Assembly (NCBI GenBank): GCA_037917685.1
Contig: JAVCBU010000011.1
Coordinates: 1 to 64,000, forward strand
Length of the DNA: 64,000 nt
Source: Thermoproteota archaeon
GTDB lineage: Archaea; Korarchaeota; Korarchaeia; Korarchaeales; JAOZGB01
Reading direction: 5' to 3'
The translations under genes were made by a program, and so were the position numbers. Shown piece after piece: positions 10,007-19,889 of the stretch; position 1 is the stretch's first letter, and every line of letters starts with the position of its first letter. The notes beneath the pieces are model-generated. The model saw only the letters and a list, made by a program, of their open reading frames with translations, did not search any database and was not told the origin of the DNA.

Positions 10007-10342
10007 CTCCCAGCCCCATACGGGAAGGCTCCATTCATAAAGGAAAGGTATATACAGGTAGCTCACAGCCTGTCTTTTCCATTCTACCACCTAAAAAGAA
10101 CATTCCCGATGCCGAGCGGAGGGATCACCCCTGCAATGGTGCCGGAGGTCATAAAGGACCTGGGCTACGACGTGGTTATAGGTACAGGGGGAGCAATCCA
10201 CGCCCACCCAATGGGCGCAACTGCGGGGGAAAGAGCTTTCAGACAGGCCGTTGAGGCATCTGTGAACGGTATCCCGCTGGATGAGGCTGCTAAAGAGCAT
10301 GAGGAGCTCAGGGTTGCACTGGAATCACTAAAGGTAAGATAG
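10007..10342 (+). pseudogene. C-terminal fragment of a RuBisCO-family protein (probably form IV RuBisCO-like)
   Basis: PAPYGK, FPMPSGG, GGAIHAHPMG..AG..AFRQAVEA...GIPL.EAAKEHEELRVAL; no N-terminal domain or KxDE motif. Confidence 0.8.
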
Positions 10343-10373
10343 TTACCATTGAAGTAGCATGCCCTAGCCTTTC

Positions 10374-10766
10374 CTACTCCTCAATGTAGGCCTTAGCCTT
10401 GAAAAGGCTGAGACCATCGTACAAGATGATAGAGCCCTCAAGCATCTTTGAGACTAGGGGGCTATCGACATCCTCTAGGCCTATGACCGTGAGATCCAGG
10501 CTCAAGCCCCTAGGCTTGAGCCTCCTATAGCGCTCGATATCCATTAGGGGGTCTTCAACGGTTCTCGCTATGATCATCAGGTCGTAGTCACTGTAGGGGT
10601 TATGGCTCTTTAAAGCCCTACTTCCATAGAGGACCACTGTAACATTAGGGCTCATGCCTGCTATCCTCCGAACATACTCTTCAAGGAGGCTTTTGCTTTC
10701 CCTGAGCCTTTCAGCTCTCTTTCTGAGAAGCCTCGCTCTTAACCCATGAGATGATCCTCCTGGCAT
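10374..10766 (-). CDS. Minimal nucleotidyltransferase (MNT), partner of HEPN
   Basis: VLYGSRA.....SDYDL motif; overlaps the HEPN gene; true start uncertain. Confidence 0.85.
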   Translation of the reverse strand: MPGGSSHGLRARLLRKRAERLRESKSLLEEYVRRIAGMSPNVTVVLYGSRALKSHNPYSDYDLMIIARTVEDPLMDIERYRRLKPRGLSLDLTVIGLEDVDSPLVSKMLEGSIILYDGLSLFKAKAYIEE

Positions 10767-11106
10767 AGTCTATACACCTCGAAGCAACCTCACGTCTGTA
10801 TTTAACCAGGGGTTTTCCAGGGTATCTTGCAAGCGTGTAGTAAGGTGTTAACGCGTCAGCATATACCTCAAGGTTCTCTGGAGGGTTGAGCCCGGCATCA
10901 GCTAGGTAGTTTATAAGCTCTACAAGGTCGTAGGTGAAGGGATGAATCCCTGTAACCTGCAGGCAAAGGGCCTTTAAGTAGAGTTCACAAGCCTGCTGGG
11001 CCTCAAAGCAGGAAAGCCAGTAGTTTCCTTCCTCTAAATGCTTCTCGGCATCCCTGATGAAGACTTCAGCCTTCCGAACCCAGTCTTTAGGGAGGTTTAG
11101 GGACAA
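10711..11106 (-). CDS. HEPN domain protein (MNT-HEPN module)
   Basis: SCFEAQQACELYLKAL, YTLARYP. Confidence 0.85.
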   Translation of the reverse strand: MSLNLPKDWVRKAEVFIRDAEKHLEEGNYWLSCFEAQQACELYLKALCLQVTGIHPFTYDLVELINYLADAGLNPPENLEVYADALTPYYTLARYPGKPLVKYRREVASRCIDYARRIISWVKSEASQKES

Positions 11107-11194
11107 ACGCCACCACGCTTATAGTTATCTGGCATATTTTAAAATATGTCTGGTAAACATTTTATTTGAGAAGAGCTTACCCATTTTGAGAAAC

Positions 11195-11455
11195 TTGGCT
11201 GAGGAGAAGCTTGTCGGAAGAGTAACACACTATTTTACAAAGATAAGTGTTGCAGTTGTGGAGCTTGCCGACACCCTGAAAGTGGGTGATGAAATAATTA
11301 TTAGAGGGGCCACCACTAATTTAAGGCAGAAGGTTGAGTCGATGCAAATAATGCATAAACCGGTCACAGAGGCTAAGCCTGGCCAGTCTGTAGGTTTAAA
11401 GGTTGTCGACAGGGTTAGAGAGGGAGACAAAGTCTATAAGATAGTGGAGCGGTAA
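11195..11455 (+). CDS. Small beta-barrel protein (translation-factor domain II / U32 peptidase C-terminal-like)
   Basis: VGRVTHYF.KISVA, LKVGDEI, Q.VESMQI, G..VG.KV..RVREGDKVY; TTG start at 11195 preferred over 11057. Confidence 0.75.
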   Translation: MAEEKLVGRVTHYFTKISVAVVELADTLKVGDEIIIRGATTNLRQKVESMQIMHKPVTEAKPGQSVGLKVVDRVREGDKVYKIVER

Positions 11456-11781
11456 CACGGGGATGCCTTATCCTGGAGGCTTGTTATAGTTCGAATAGTA
11501 ATATTCCATCAACCCACCATCTCACACATGGCTCAATAGCCTCCCTAATCTCGAGTGTATAGGATACATTTAGATCTATTAGCAGCCTTAAATTTGGCGG
11601 CCTGAAACGTTTACGTAATACTGTTACATAGAAACAGCAGTCTTAGAACAAAAATATAATTGTAGGTTTGACGTCTCGCTTCCGCCGGCTGCGTTGAGAT
11701 GACAACGAGGGAGAATAATACTTGTATTAGAAGGGTTTGCCCAGGTAACATGTGTGATTTCCCTACAGGCCCAGCCATTGC

Positions 11782-13200
11782 TTATATCCCATTCTGTACT
11801 GGTGGTCTTCTACGTAGAAGTTTTGATAGGTAGCTGTCTAGCTCCTTGCTTATCCCTACGATTCTGTCTATTGTTTCAGGGGTTAGAACTGTAACTCCGT
11901 ATGAGAGTACTGACTGCTTGACATGGCTTGGTATGCCAGCCTCAGCTATACCTTTAGGGTCTGTAAGATGGTATAATATGATGTCTTCGGGTTTCACCCG
12001 GCTTCTAAGCGTACCCACATACCATCTGTCGCCGTGTATGTACGGCCCTTTCACGGCTTTTCCCAGCCACTTTTCAAGGAATTTGTCCTCCTGGCCGTCC
12101 ATCCCAACCTTTGGCCCCTTTCTAACGGTCATCTTGGGGACGATGTTCCTGTCAAGCTCGTATAGTGCCACAGCTATTCTCTCGGTGTCTGTCCAGCATC
12201 CGCCGTCGACTACTTTGAAACCTTCACCTTCCAGGATTCTTTCAAGCTGCCTCCAGAGCTTGGCTAGCTGGGTCCACATTATCTCTGGTGCTGGTCCTGG
12301 AGGCCTTATGAGGATGGCGTACAGATATGTTCCTCTTTCCCTTATGGTTTCGGAGGGTTTAGGCCTAGGCTGCTCCGCCTGGTAGATGTGGAAGTATGAT
12401 AGGGCCGGCTTTTTAAGGAAGAGTCTTGAGTATGCTTTAAACTTGTAGTACTGGGTATTACTTAGGGCTGCAGCTGCGTTTCTTCTCCAGTCAACAGGAT
12501 CTATAACTATTAGTGGATTCTGGAATATCTCCTCAGGCTTTTTATCCTTCCAGTATTCTTCAAGATCTATGATGGTAGGCTCATCCCAGCGGCATGCTTC
12601 TGACAGAAGCTGCTGGAACGTGCCGTATCGTAGGATTAGGAGTTCGCATAGGTATCCGGAGAAACCTTGGGTCGCCGCCTCAGCCCCGTAGGCGTCCAGA
12701 GATAGGAGGAAGCTTTTTAGGAGTCTAACCTCGTCTCCCACCTTCATAATCCCCTTCTCTACGAGATATTTGTGGTGTAGCGGCGTCCTGTCCACTGCTG
12801 ACTTAATAGTGCCTCCTATCTTAGCCTCGAAGCAGGGGACTATATCTATCCAGAATCCTTCAATCCATACCGTTACGTAGGGGTGGCTTGCATATCTAAG
12901 CTTGTATCTCCCCTGGGATATTTCTATACCTGCCTTAAGCCCTCTATTCCTTAGTTCCTCAACCGTTAGATCCCTTGGGAATACAAGGAATATGTCAATG
13001 TCGACTCTGCCAGGCAGCCATGTATCTCTCGCTACAGATCCTACAGGCAAAGGCTTGAAACCGTACCTGTCAGCCAGTGGTTTAAGCCTTTCAATGGTTG
13101 TTTTAGTAGCATTTTCGACTCTCACTCTTTGATCGGGGCTAGGTTTAAGCCTTTTCTTAACCTTTGATAGCAGCTCGGATAGACTATTCGACGCTTGCAT
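11782..13200 (-). CDS. cca: Archaeal (class I) CCA-adding enzyme
   Basis: VGSVARDTWL...DIDIF, YASHPY, DIVPC, SAVDRTPLH, GFSGYLCELL, IDPVD..RNAAAA. Confidence 0.95.
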   Translation of the reverse strand: MQASNSLSELLSKVKKRLKPSPDQRVRVENATKTTIERLKPLADRYGFKPLPVGSVARDTWLPGRVDIDIFLVFPRDLTVEELRNRGLKAGIEISQGRYKLRYASHPYVTVWIEGFWIDIVPCFEAKIGGTIKSAVDRTPLHHKYLVEKGIMKVGDEVRLLKSFLLSLDAYGAEAATQGFSGYLCELLILRYGTFQQLLSEACRWDEPTIIDLEEYWKDKKPEEIFQNPLIVIDPVDWRRNAAAALSNTQYYKFKAYSRLFLKKPALSYFHIYQAEQPRPKPSETIRERGTYLYAILIRPPGPAPEIMWTQLAKLWRQLERILEGEGFKVVDGGCWTDTERIAVALYELDRNIVPKMTVRKGPKVGMDGQEDKFLEKWLGKAVKGPYIHGDRWYVGTLRSRVKPEDIILYHLTDPKGIAEAGIPSHVKQSVLSYGVTVLTPETIDRIVGISKELDSYLSKLLRRRPPVQNGI

Positions 13201-13777
13201 GTCGACTCCTCAGATCTTCCTCTGTTTTACCCATTCTCTCAGTCAGCTCTGCTATTAGGGCATCACATAGCACCGATGTTGAGAGCTCGAACAGGGTTCC
13301 CATCGGTGTTAGAGGCTCATGCTGGCCCATAAGCTGCCTCAGTATGTAGTCTCTACCCTCAACGGGCTGCTTCCTCCCGCCTACTATCACCTTGTGGTCT
13401 GCTATCCTGCCCAGCGTGGAGTCTGGATATGAGGTTATGGCCACGACTATGGCGCCAAGCTTTTTAGCCTCCTCCGCTATGCTGACGGGATACTTTGTCT
13501 CACCGCTCCCGCTTATAGCTATAAGGAGGTCCCCCCTCTTCAGTGCTGGCGTCACGGTTTCCCCAACCACGTAGACGTTGAAGCCTACATGCATGAGCCT
13601 GTTCGCTAGGGATCGCCCCACGAGCCCAGATCTCCCGGCGCCAACTATAAATATCTTCCTGGTACCCACAGTGCTCAGAATAAGCTTTATCAGCCTTTCA
13701 AACGAGTCCTCGTCAACCCTCTCTATGTTTTTAAGAATTCTCTCCGTTAGCTTTCTAGCCTTATCTTTAACAGGCAA
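13184..13777 (-). CDS. hxlB: 6-phospho-3-hexuloisomerase (SIS fold)
   Basis: GAGRSGLVG...RLMH.G, GETVTP, ISGSGET, PMGTLFE, RHA. Confidence 0.9.
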   Translation of the reverse strand: MPVKDKARKLTERILKNIERVDEDSFERLIKLILSTVGTRKIFIVGAGRSGLVGRSLANRLMHVGFNVYVVGETVTPALKRGDLLIAISGSGETKYPVSIAEEAKKLGAIVVAITSYPDSTLGRIADHKVIVGGRKQPVEGRDYILRQLMGQHEPLTPMGTLFELSTSVLCDALIAELTERMGKTEEDLRSRHASVE

Positions 13778-13878
13778 ACCTATGACCCCATGTTGAGCAT
13801 AACAAGCCAGTCTAAAATAAAACTATCCTTTCATGTTACCACCGGGTCATGTTTAAGACTTAGATATGTATCTAAGTA

Positions 13879-14901
13879 TTGATGTCTGAAGAGCTTCACG
13901 AAGCCATATTTTACAGGGTTATGGACGGTGGGAAGGTTAAATGCAGCCTCTGCCCAAGAGGGTGTGTTATCTCCCAGGGCTCAGTAGGTTTCTGCAGGGT
14001 TAGGATAAATCTGGAGGGAAAGCTTTACAGCTGGATATATGGTCGTACATCCTCGGTAGCCATCGACCCAATAGAGAAAAAACCTCTATTCCACTTCCTG
14101 CCTGGATCAGACATTTACAGTGTTGGAACGGTAGGCTGTAACCTAGCGTGCCTCCACTGCCAGAACTGGTCAATTAGCCAGGCAGGGATGAAGTATCCCT
14201 ATATAAGAATGTACCCACCACGCCAGATTGTTGAGGAAGCCCTGAGATATGGGTGTAAGTCTATAGCTTTCACCTATAATGAGCCTACCATAGCCTACGA
14301 GTACATGCTTGACACATTTAAGCTTGCAAAAGAGGAAGGGCTGAGAACCGTGTCTGTTACAAATGGGTACATTAATAGGGAGCCTTTGCTAGAGCTTATA
14401 CCATACCTGGATGCTGCGAACGTGGATGTTAAGGCATTCACAGATGATTTCTACATGAAGATCTGCGGTGGCGCAAGGCTTAAACCGGTTCTCGAAACTG
14501 TTGAGACAATGCACAGGCACGGTGTCCACGTTGAGGTAACATATCTCGTAATCCCAGGCCTAAACGATGATGAGGAAGAGTTTAGAGAGTTTGCTGCATG
14601 GGTCGCAAGTATAGACCCGGAAATGCCCACCCACTTCTCTAGGTTTTTCCCCATGTACCGGATGACAGGTAAGCCGCCGACACCAGTTGAAACTCTAAAG
14701 AAGGCTAGAAAGACCGCCATCGAGCAAGGTCTTAAATACGTGTACATCGGAAATGTGCCGGGAGAGGAGGGTGAGACAACCTTCTGCCCAAGATGCGGGA
14801 AGCCCTTGATAAGGAGATACGGCTTTACCATCCTAGACTACAATTTAACAGAGGACGGTAGATGTAAATTCTGCGATCGCAAAATTAAAATCATAGTTTA
14901 A
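13879..14901 (+). CDS. amrS: AmmeMemoRadiSam system radical SAM enzyme
   Basis: C.LCPR.C, DPIEKKPLFHF.PG, GCNLACLHCQNWSISQ, FTYNEP, YIGNV, C-terminal CxxC pairs. Confidence 0.92.
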   Translation: MMSEELHEAIFYRVMDGGKVKCSLCPRGCVISQGSVGFCRVRINLEGKLYSWIYGRTSSVAIDPIEKKPLFHFLPGSDIYSVGTVGCNLACLHCQNWSISQAGMKYPYIRMYPPRQIVEEALRYGCKSIAFTYNEPTIAYEYMLDTFKLAKEEGLRTVSVTNGYINREPLLELIPYLDAANVDVKAFTDDFYMKICGGARLKPVLETVETMHRHGVHVEVTYLVIPGLNDDEEEFREFAAWVASIDPEMPTHFSRFFPMYRMTGKPPTPVETLKKARKTAIEQGLKYVYIGNVPGEEGETTFCPRCGKPLIRRYGFTILDYNLTEDGRCKFCDRKIKIIV

Positions 14902-14961
14902 GCCGCCTAACCCACGGGGGTGTAGATATCGTTATAAAAAACAGAGGATAGCTATAGGGAT

Positions 14962-15726
14962 ATGATAGATGTCCACTGTCACTTGGAACAGCCGGACTAT
15001 GACAGGGATAGATGGGAGGTAATAGAAAGCCTAAGGGAGGAGGTTAAGGCCTTTATAACATGCTGTGCTAACCCTAAGAACTGGGATATAACCATTGAGA
15101 TGGTTAAACGCTACAGGGGCTTCGTATACGCCTCTGCGAGCATCCACCCCATATACATCAAGGACTATGGGGGCAGGGATGAGAGGGAAAAGTATTACAG
15201 GCTGATAGCTGAAAACAGGGACTTAATAGTCGCAATCGGCGAGACGGGGCTGGACTACCACTGGGTTAAAGAAGGCGGGTGGAGGGCTGAGCAGGAGGAG
15301 ATGTTCCGGGAGCACATATCACTTGCCAGAAAGCTTGGACTACCTCTTATAATACACTCGAGAAACTCGAATGAGAGAGTCATCGAGGTTTTAGAGTCTG
15401 AAGAGGCAGGGAATGTCGACATGCACATGTTCGGCGACAGGAAGCTTGTTAACAGGGTAATCGACAATGGATGGTACATCTCGTTCAACACCATGGTTCT
15501 GACAAGCAAGGCTTACAGGAAAACAGCTAGGGACACCCCTCTCGACAGGCTCCTACTTGAGACGGACAGTCCCTGGCTGGATCCAAATAAGGGTAGGAAT
15601 ACTCCTGCGTCGATAAGGCTTGTAGCTATGAAGATCGCTGAGATAAAAAAGACCAGCTTCGAAGAGGTTTGGGGGGCTGCATGCGTAAATGCTAACAGGC
15701 TCTTCAACCTTGGAGTAACATGTTAA
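14962..15726 (+). CDS. tatD: TatD-family nuclease
   Basis: IDVHCH, IHP, AIGETGLDY, IHSR, LLETDSP. Confidence 0.9.
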   Translation: MIDVHCHLEQPDYDRDRWEVIESLREEVKAFITCCANPKNWDITIEMVKRYRGFVYASASIHPIYIKDYGGRDEREKYYRLIAENRDLIVAIGETGLDYHWVKEGGWRAEQEEMFREHISLARKLGLPLIIHSRNSNERVIEVLESEEAGNVDMHMFGDRKLVNRVIDNGWYISFNTMVLTSKAYRKTARDTPLDRLLLETDSPWLDPNKGRNTPASIRLVAMKIAEIKKTSFEEVWGAACVNANRLFNLGVTC

Positions 15727-15736
15727 ATCTGGGCTA

Positions 15737-18484
15737 TTATAGGTTGAAGGTTTGATATTGAAATTCGCATCCTCGAATCAGCAGGACTGATACCTCCGAG
15801 ATTTCCCCCTCCACCCTTACTGTAAGCCTTACCTCACCACCCATTAACATCAGCAAATCGTAGGTTCTATTGCCCATTCGCACGCTCTCAACATAGGCGG
15901 CATGCGGCTTACAACCAACTATTTTAATCGTAGAGTTTAACGATCTGTTAAGCATTATACACACTATTTCGGAGTTTCCATCCACGTTAACCCTAAGGAT
16001 TCCAGCCTTATATGCAACGTTAATGTTTGATTTTATGGGTATGGCTACATGCCTCGGCTTGGATCCGAAGGGTAGCAGCTGAGGCCCTCCAGCCTGTGAT
16101 GGAAGTGGTGGTGGGTCAACGGGCCCGTCAAGCCATTGTGCAGTATAGTTGTAGTCCCAGCTGCTCTCCACATCTCCAACAGTTCTAAGCCACCTTATAC
16201 CTGCGGCCCACGCATCATCTAGCACAAGTATTGGGTCTGGATCCGGGGGTGGCTGCCAGAAATACGTGATAAAAACGTAGTAGGTCGAGTTAAACATGAA
16301 GTAATAAACGCTTTTCTCCCCGTTCTCAAGGTACTTCCCCCATGGCGTGGAGGGTATGTCGGGTAGTGTGAGGTTCCACTCATACCTGCCGTCGCCGTCG
16401 CTGTCTACAGGGCCGGAAACCACGATGTAGGACGTTACATCTATAGTGGTGGTGGAGTTCACCAGTAACACTTGGTAGAAGCCTCTGTTGAATTCCTCAG
16501 GGGTTTCATCCTTTAGGATGGTTGAGTCGAGGCCTAGGCTTCCATTGTTCTCAGCGTCGACCCTTTTTATCACCGACCAGTGCATTATGTAAATCCGGTA
16601 GGGCCCCCATTTTATTATCCTGTCAATGTACCACTTGAAGGTGGAGCTGTAGTAGGATATGTAGGTAATCCTTATGAACGGCTTGTCGACGTTGAGGGTC
16701 ATCTCTATATTTGTCGTCATTGTCTCGGAGCCTTCAGCGTCCGACAGGTTTAGGATTAGGACACCGGCATACGCCCTTCTCTGGGCGTCCTGGGACACTG
16801 TAAAGTAGAAGTCAAGGTATGCTTCTCCCCCAGGGTTTATGTTGGCCTTCAGCTGGGGTGACCCGTCCCATAGTAGAACGCCGTCACAGTATATGTAGTC
16901 TATAAACTGTCCTATTTCACCGTCTACATCTACGGATAATAGGGCGTTTTCATCGTCGTAGTTAACAACTTTTAACGCGTTGTCAAGGAGTACATCACTG
17001 TAGCCGGGAGGTATTATCTCAAAGTCTAGGATTATGAAGTCTAGGTAGTAGCGGCTCCAATTGTACTCGTTTAACGCGTAGTTTGCCTGTGTAACCCCAA
17101 CTATTGAGAGAGAGGCGTCCACAGGGTAGCTTACATACTCGAATGCAAGTGCCACGTTCAGAATTAAGATCAACCCTATAACCGGGAGGATCCTTGAGAA
17201 CTTCACACTAAAACTTCGATTCCTACGAGGTATACTGAAACTTTCCAGCATCCTAACAGTCTCAAACAGTGTCTTCCCCTTAGATTTCACAGTTTTAACC
17301 TCTCTTTCTCTTCTGCCGTGCCTATCTCTATCAAGGCTTTCTATCTCATATGCTGACTTTATAAGCCTAAGTATACGCATTCTTATGTTTCTGGTCAGAT
17401 ATAGAATCAAAAGGTAGAGGATGATAAGTGGAAGCGAGAAGAATCCGAAAACTATTCCCGTTAAAGCCATAAAACATGCTAGAGGCTGAAGCTTTGACAT
17501 TGGACTTAGGATTTCGACAGGAAGCAGTTGGGCTAGAGGAATGTTCCAGACGTATATTTTACCCTGAATAACAAGTCTTTCATCGCAGGTTGGAGCCTCA
17601 AACACTACCTGTATGGGCCTCTTCTCCCCAGGCTTTAAAGCTAGTATTCTCCTGGAAAATTGAATGTAGCCGGCCACGTCTTGATCAACTGTTACGGCTG
17701 CCAAGGTTGATATTAACCCGTGGTTTGAAATATTCAGTGTTTCAGTAAAATTGGAGCCGGGTCTTAGAATCTTCCCGCCGCCTATAAGAATCCCCTCAGC
17801 CGCACAGGCAGGTTCAACCACCACCCTGAAGTTTGAGATTGAACTGTTTCTAAAATTTGTGAAAAGTAAGGCAACATAGAATATTAATAGGAAAACCAGA
17901 AGGGTTGAGTATTTCCCTTTGAGGTTCGCTTTCACCTTTCCAAGCTTCATTTCAGACATTAGAAGATATAAAGCGGATGAAAACCCGATAGCCGCAATAA
18001 ATAGGGCTGTGTTCCTTGTGTTACTTAGGAGTAGGAAGGTCCAGGATCTGAGCTTCAGAGGCACGAGTCCAACAATAGGAATCTTAACCGGTGAACCTAA
18101 CGCCATTAATAGTTTCCCTCTCACCTCTTCTACAGGTGAATATGGTATTCCAGCCATCTGCTGATCTGAAACCCTGTTAGCGTCACCCTTAGTTATTATC
18201 CCAATGGTATTGTTCGCCTCTACAATGTTAACCACTCTATGAAGTAGGTATCGTCCGTTTAACCTGAGTAAAACTATATCTCCAACCTCAACATGTTTTG
18301 AAGGTAAAATTATAACCACGTCCCCCTTCTCGAGGGTGGGCTTCATACTGTATGTGGAAACCACCATTAGGGGGTATGGAATGTTCAACAGGAAAGAAAG
18401 GGGGAAGAGTACTATTAGTATACTTAGCACTATCCCCGCTATGTCGACCACGAGTTGCTGAGCCTCTTTGGCATTTAACCCCAT
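15737..18484 (-). CDS. SipW/Sec11-type signal peptidase I fused to Ig-like domain, TM segments, an internal signal peptide, a pilin-like domain and C-terminal extracellular domains
   Basis: VVSTYSMKPTL..GD (Ser), LLHRVV (His), TKGDAN..D; internal RILPVIGLILILNVALA|FEY at about residue 448; DSDGDG motif in the C-terminal part. Confidence 0.8.
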   Translation of the reverse strand: MGLNAKEAQQLVVDIAGIVLSILIVLFPLSFLLNIPYPLMVVSTYSMKPTLEKGDVVIILPSKHVEVGDIVLLRLNGRYLLHRVVNIVEANNTIGIITKGDANRVSDQQMAGIPYSPVEEVRGKLLMALGSPVKIPIVGLVPLKLRSWTFLLLSNTRNTALFIAAIGFSSALYLLMSEMKLGKVKANLKGKYSTLLVFLLIFYVALLFTNFRNSSISNFRVVVEPACAAEGILIGGGKILRPGSNFTETLNISNHGLISTLAAVTVDQDVAGYIQFSRRILALKPGEKRPIQVVFEAPTCDERLVIQGKIYVWNIPLAQLLPVEILSPMSKLQPLACFMALTGIVFGFFSLPLIILYLLILYLTRNIRMRILRLIKSAYEIESLDRDRHGRREREVKTVKSKGKTLFETVRMLESFSIPRRNRSFSVKFSRILPVIGLILILNVALAFEYVSYPVDASLSIVGVTQANYALNEYNWSRYYLDFIILDFEIIPPGYSDVLLDNALKVVNYDDENALLSVDVDGEIGQFIDYIYCDGVLLWDGSPQLKANINPGGEAYLDFYFTVSQDAQRRAYAGVLILNLSDAEGSETMTTNIEMTLNVDKPFIRITYISYYSSTFKWYIDRIIKWGPYRIYIMHWSVIKRVDAENNGSLGLDSTILKDETPEEFNRGFYQVLLVNSTTTIDVTSYIVVSGPVDSDGDGRYEWNLTLPDIPSTPWGKYLENGEKSVYYFMFNSTYYVFITYFWQPPPDPDPILVLDDAWAAGIRWLRTVGDVESSWDYNYTAQWLDGPVDPPPLPSQAGGPQLLPFGSKPRHVAIPIKSNINVAYKAGILRVNVDGNSEIVCIMLNRSLNSTIKIVGCKPHAAYVESVRMGNRTYDLLMLMGGEVRLTVRVEGEISEVSVLLIRGCEFQYQTFNL

Positions 18485-18488
18485 TTTC

Positions 18489-19052
18489 TTACCCTGACGG
18501 CTCTCCAGGTGCCGATGGAGTCCCTGTTGCTCCCTGTTCCTGGCCGTAGATGTAGAGTGTCCAGCTCTGACTTCCTGAAGGAGCTGCGGTTGATATCTGG
18601 AACTCTATCCCTATTGACTGGGTCTCCCCGCTTGCTAGAGTAAGCCTAGTGGTATCAGTGATTGTCTGCCATGAAGAGCCATCCCAGTACTTGAATGTTA
18701 AGGTTATCCCAGCCGGGGTTCCAGATACGTCAAACCAGAACTCCCACGTTTCATCGTCGTAATTTGTGATGTTGAAGACGTTTGAAAAGAAGACTTTATA
18801 CCTCTTTGCCCATGGACCCAGCCTGAGTTCAAGCCAGCCGTTAGATATATCACCTACGTTTGTGGCTGCACCTCCTGGACCCTGCCATGTGTCAGCCCCT
18901 GGGATTAGTGCTATATTAGCGGAATCAGGTGCTACAATGTTTAGCGTTATTGGAACCTCAACTGTAAGATACTCGTATGCTGAGACCACGAGGAGCATTG
19001 AGAGCAGAGTAATTGTAAGGAATAGTACTCGCCTCCCGGTCATCAGACGCAT
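18489..19052 (-). CDS. Secreted beta-rich protein, probable SipW-processed fibre subunit
   Basis: Signal peptide ending VVSA|YEY; VFNITNYDD and LASGETQSIGIEF motifs; 4 nt upstream of the SipW fusion. Confidence 0.65.
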   Translation of the reverse strand: MRLMTGRRVLFLTITLLSMLLVVSAYEYLTVEVPITLNIVAPDSANIALIPGADTWQGPGGAATNVGDISNGWLELRLGPWAKRYKVFFSNVFNITNYDDETWEFWFDVSGTPAGITLTFKYWDGSSWQTITDTTRLTLASGETQSIGIEFQISTAAPSGSQSWTLYIYGQEQGATGTPSAPGEPSG

Positions 19053-19223
19053 ACTTATATTATCTTCGATGGTTATTTTTAAAATTTGTTCTTTAAATTT
19101 AACATTAGAAACAGTTATTTTACATTTAGCTTCATATTAAATGTCTTTTTTAACTTTGAATTTGTTATCATCTATTCTTATTTTGTAATCATAGGTAAAT
19201 AATTATAACTTGTATATCATGTT

Positions 19224-19889
19224 TTATTCATGGTAGATCCTTATACCTCCTCTGCCGATTTCGTACCTGTGGGGTTGAGGGTTAATGGGTAGGCCTCTAG
19301 CCTTTAATATTCGTAGAACACGTTTCGGGGGTTTACTATCGACACTTATTGACAGGTTTATAAGTAGGTCGCTTATGAACTCCACTTCCGACGCCCCGAT
19401 ATCCTCTGGGCTGTTTTTCTCCTCCACGAATATTGTTAAACCCTTAATTTCCCTGGTGTAGTGCGCTAGCTGAAGGGTAAGCATTCTCTTCAACCATTTA
19501 TCCCTGAAGAAGCTTGTAAGGGTTGTGTAGGTATCGATAACTATTCTATTCGCCTTCATGGTTTCAACAGCGGATGCTACATCTGCGATTATATCGCTGG
19601 GTTTAAGATCGTAGAGCCTATCATAGTATAATATCTTAAGCCATCCAGTTTTAACTGCCAATTCCACAGGGAAGCCTATTGACTCCATTGCCCTGATGTA
19701 GATGTCTGGGGAGGAGGTTGTACATAGATATATCGCTTTTTTCTTAAGCTGTATCCCCCTCATTATCATCTGAGTTGCAAGTGTGGTCTTGCCGACACCG
19801 ACCCAGCCGGTTATTGAGATAGTGCTTCCGCTGTATACACCACCGAGCGTTTTATCTATTAATGCTAAACCGATGGGCTCTCGCTCCAT
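19224..19889 (-). CDS. KaiC/RAD55-family single-domain ATPase
   Basis: GWVGVGKTT Walker A, RIVIDT Walker B, EFISD, RVLRILKARG. Confidence 0.85.
   Translation of the reverse strand: MEREPIGLALIDKTLGGVYSGSTISITGWVGVGKTTLATQMIMRGIQLKKKAIYLCTTSSPDIYIRAMESIGFPVELAVKTGWLKILYYDRLYDLKPSDIIADVASAVETMKANRIVIDTYTTLTSFFRDKWLKRMLTLQLAHYTREIKGLTIFVEEKNSPEDIGASEVEFISDLLINLSISVDSKPPKRVLRILKARGLPINPQPHRYEIGRGGIRIYHE

Noticed and set aside
9929-10342. Functional RuBisCO / carbon fixation
   Set aside because: Only about 110 C-terminal residues are present, without the catalytic KxDE region.
11456-11781. 325-bp intergenic region beside cca as a possible tRNA/ncRNA
   Set aside because: No cloverleaf, T-loop consensus, convincing C/D boxes or long stems found by eye.
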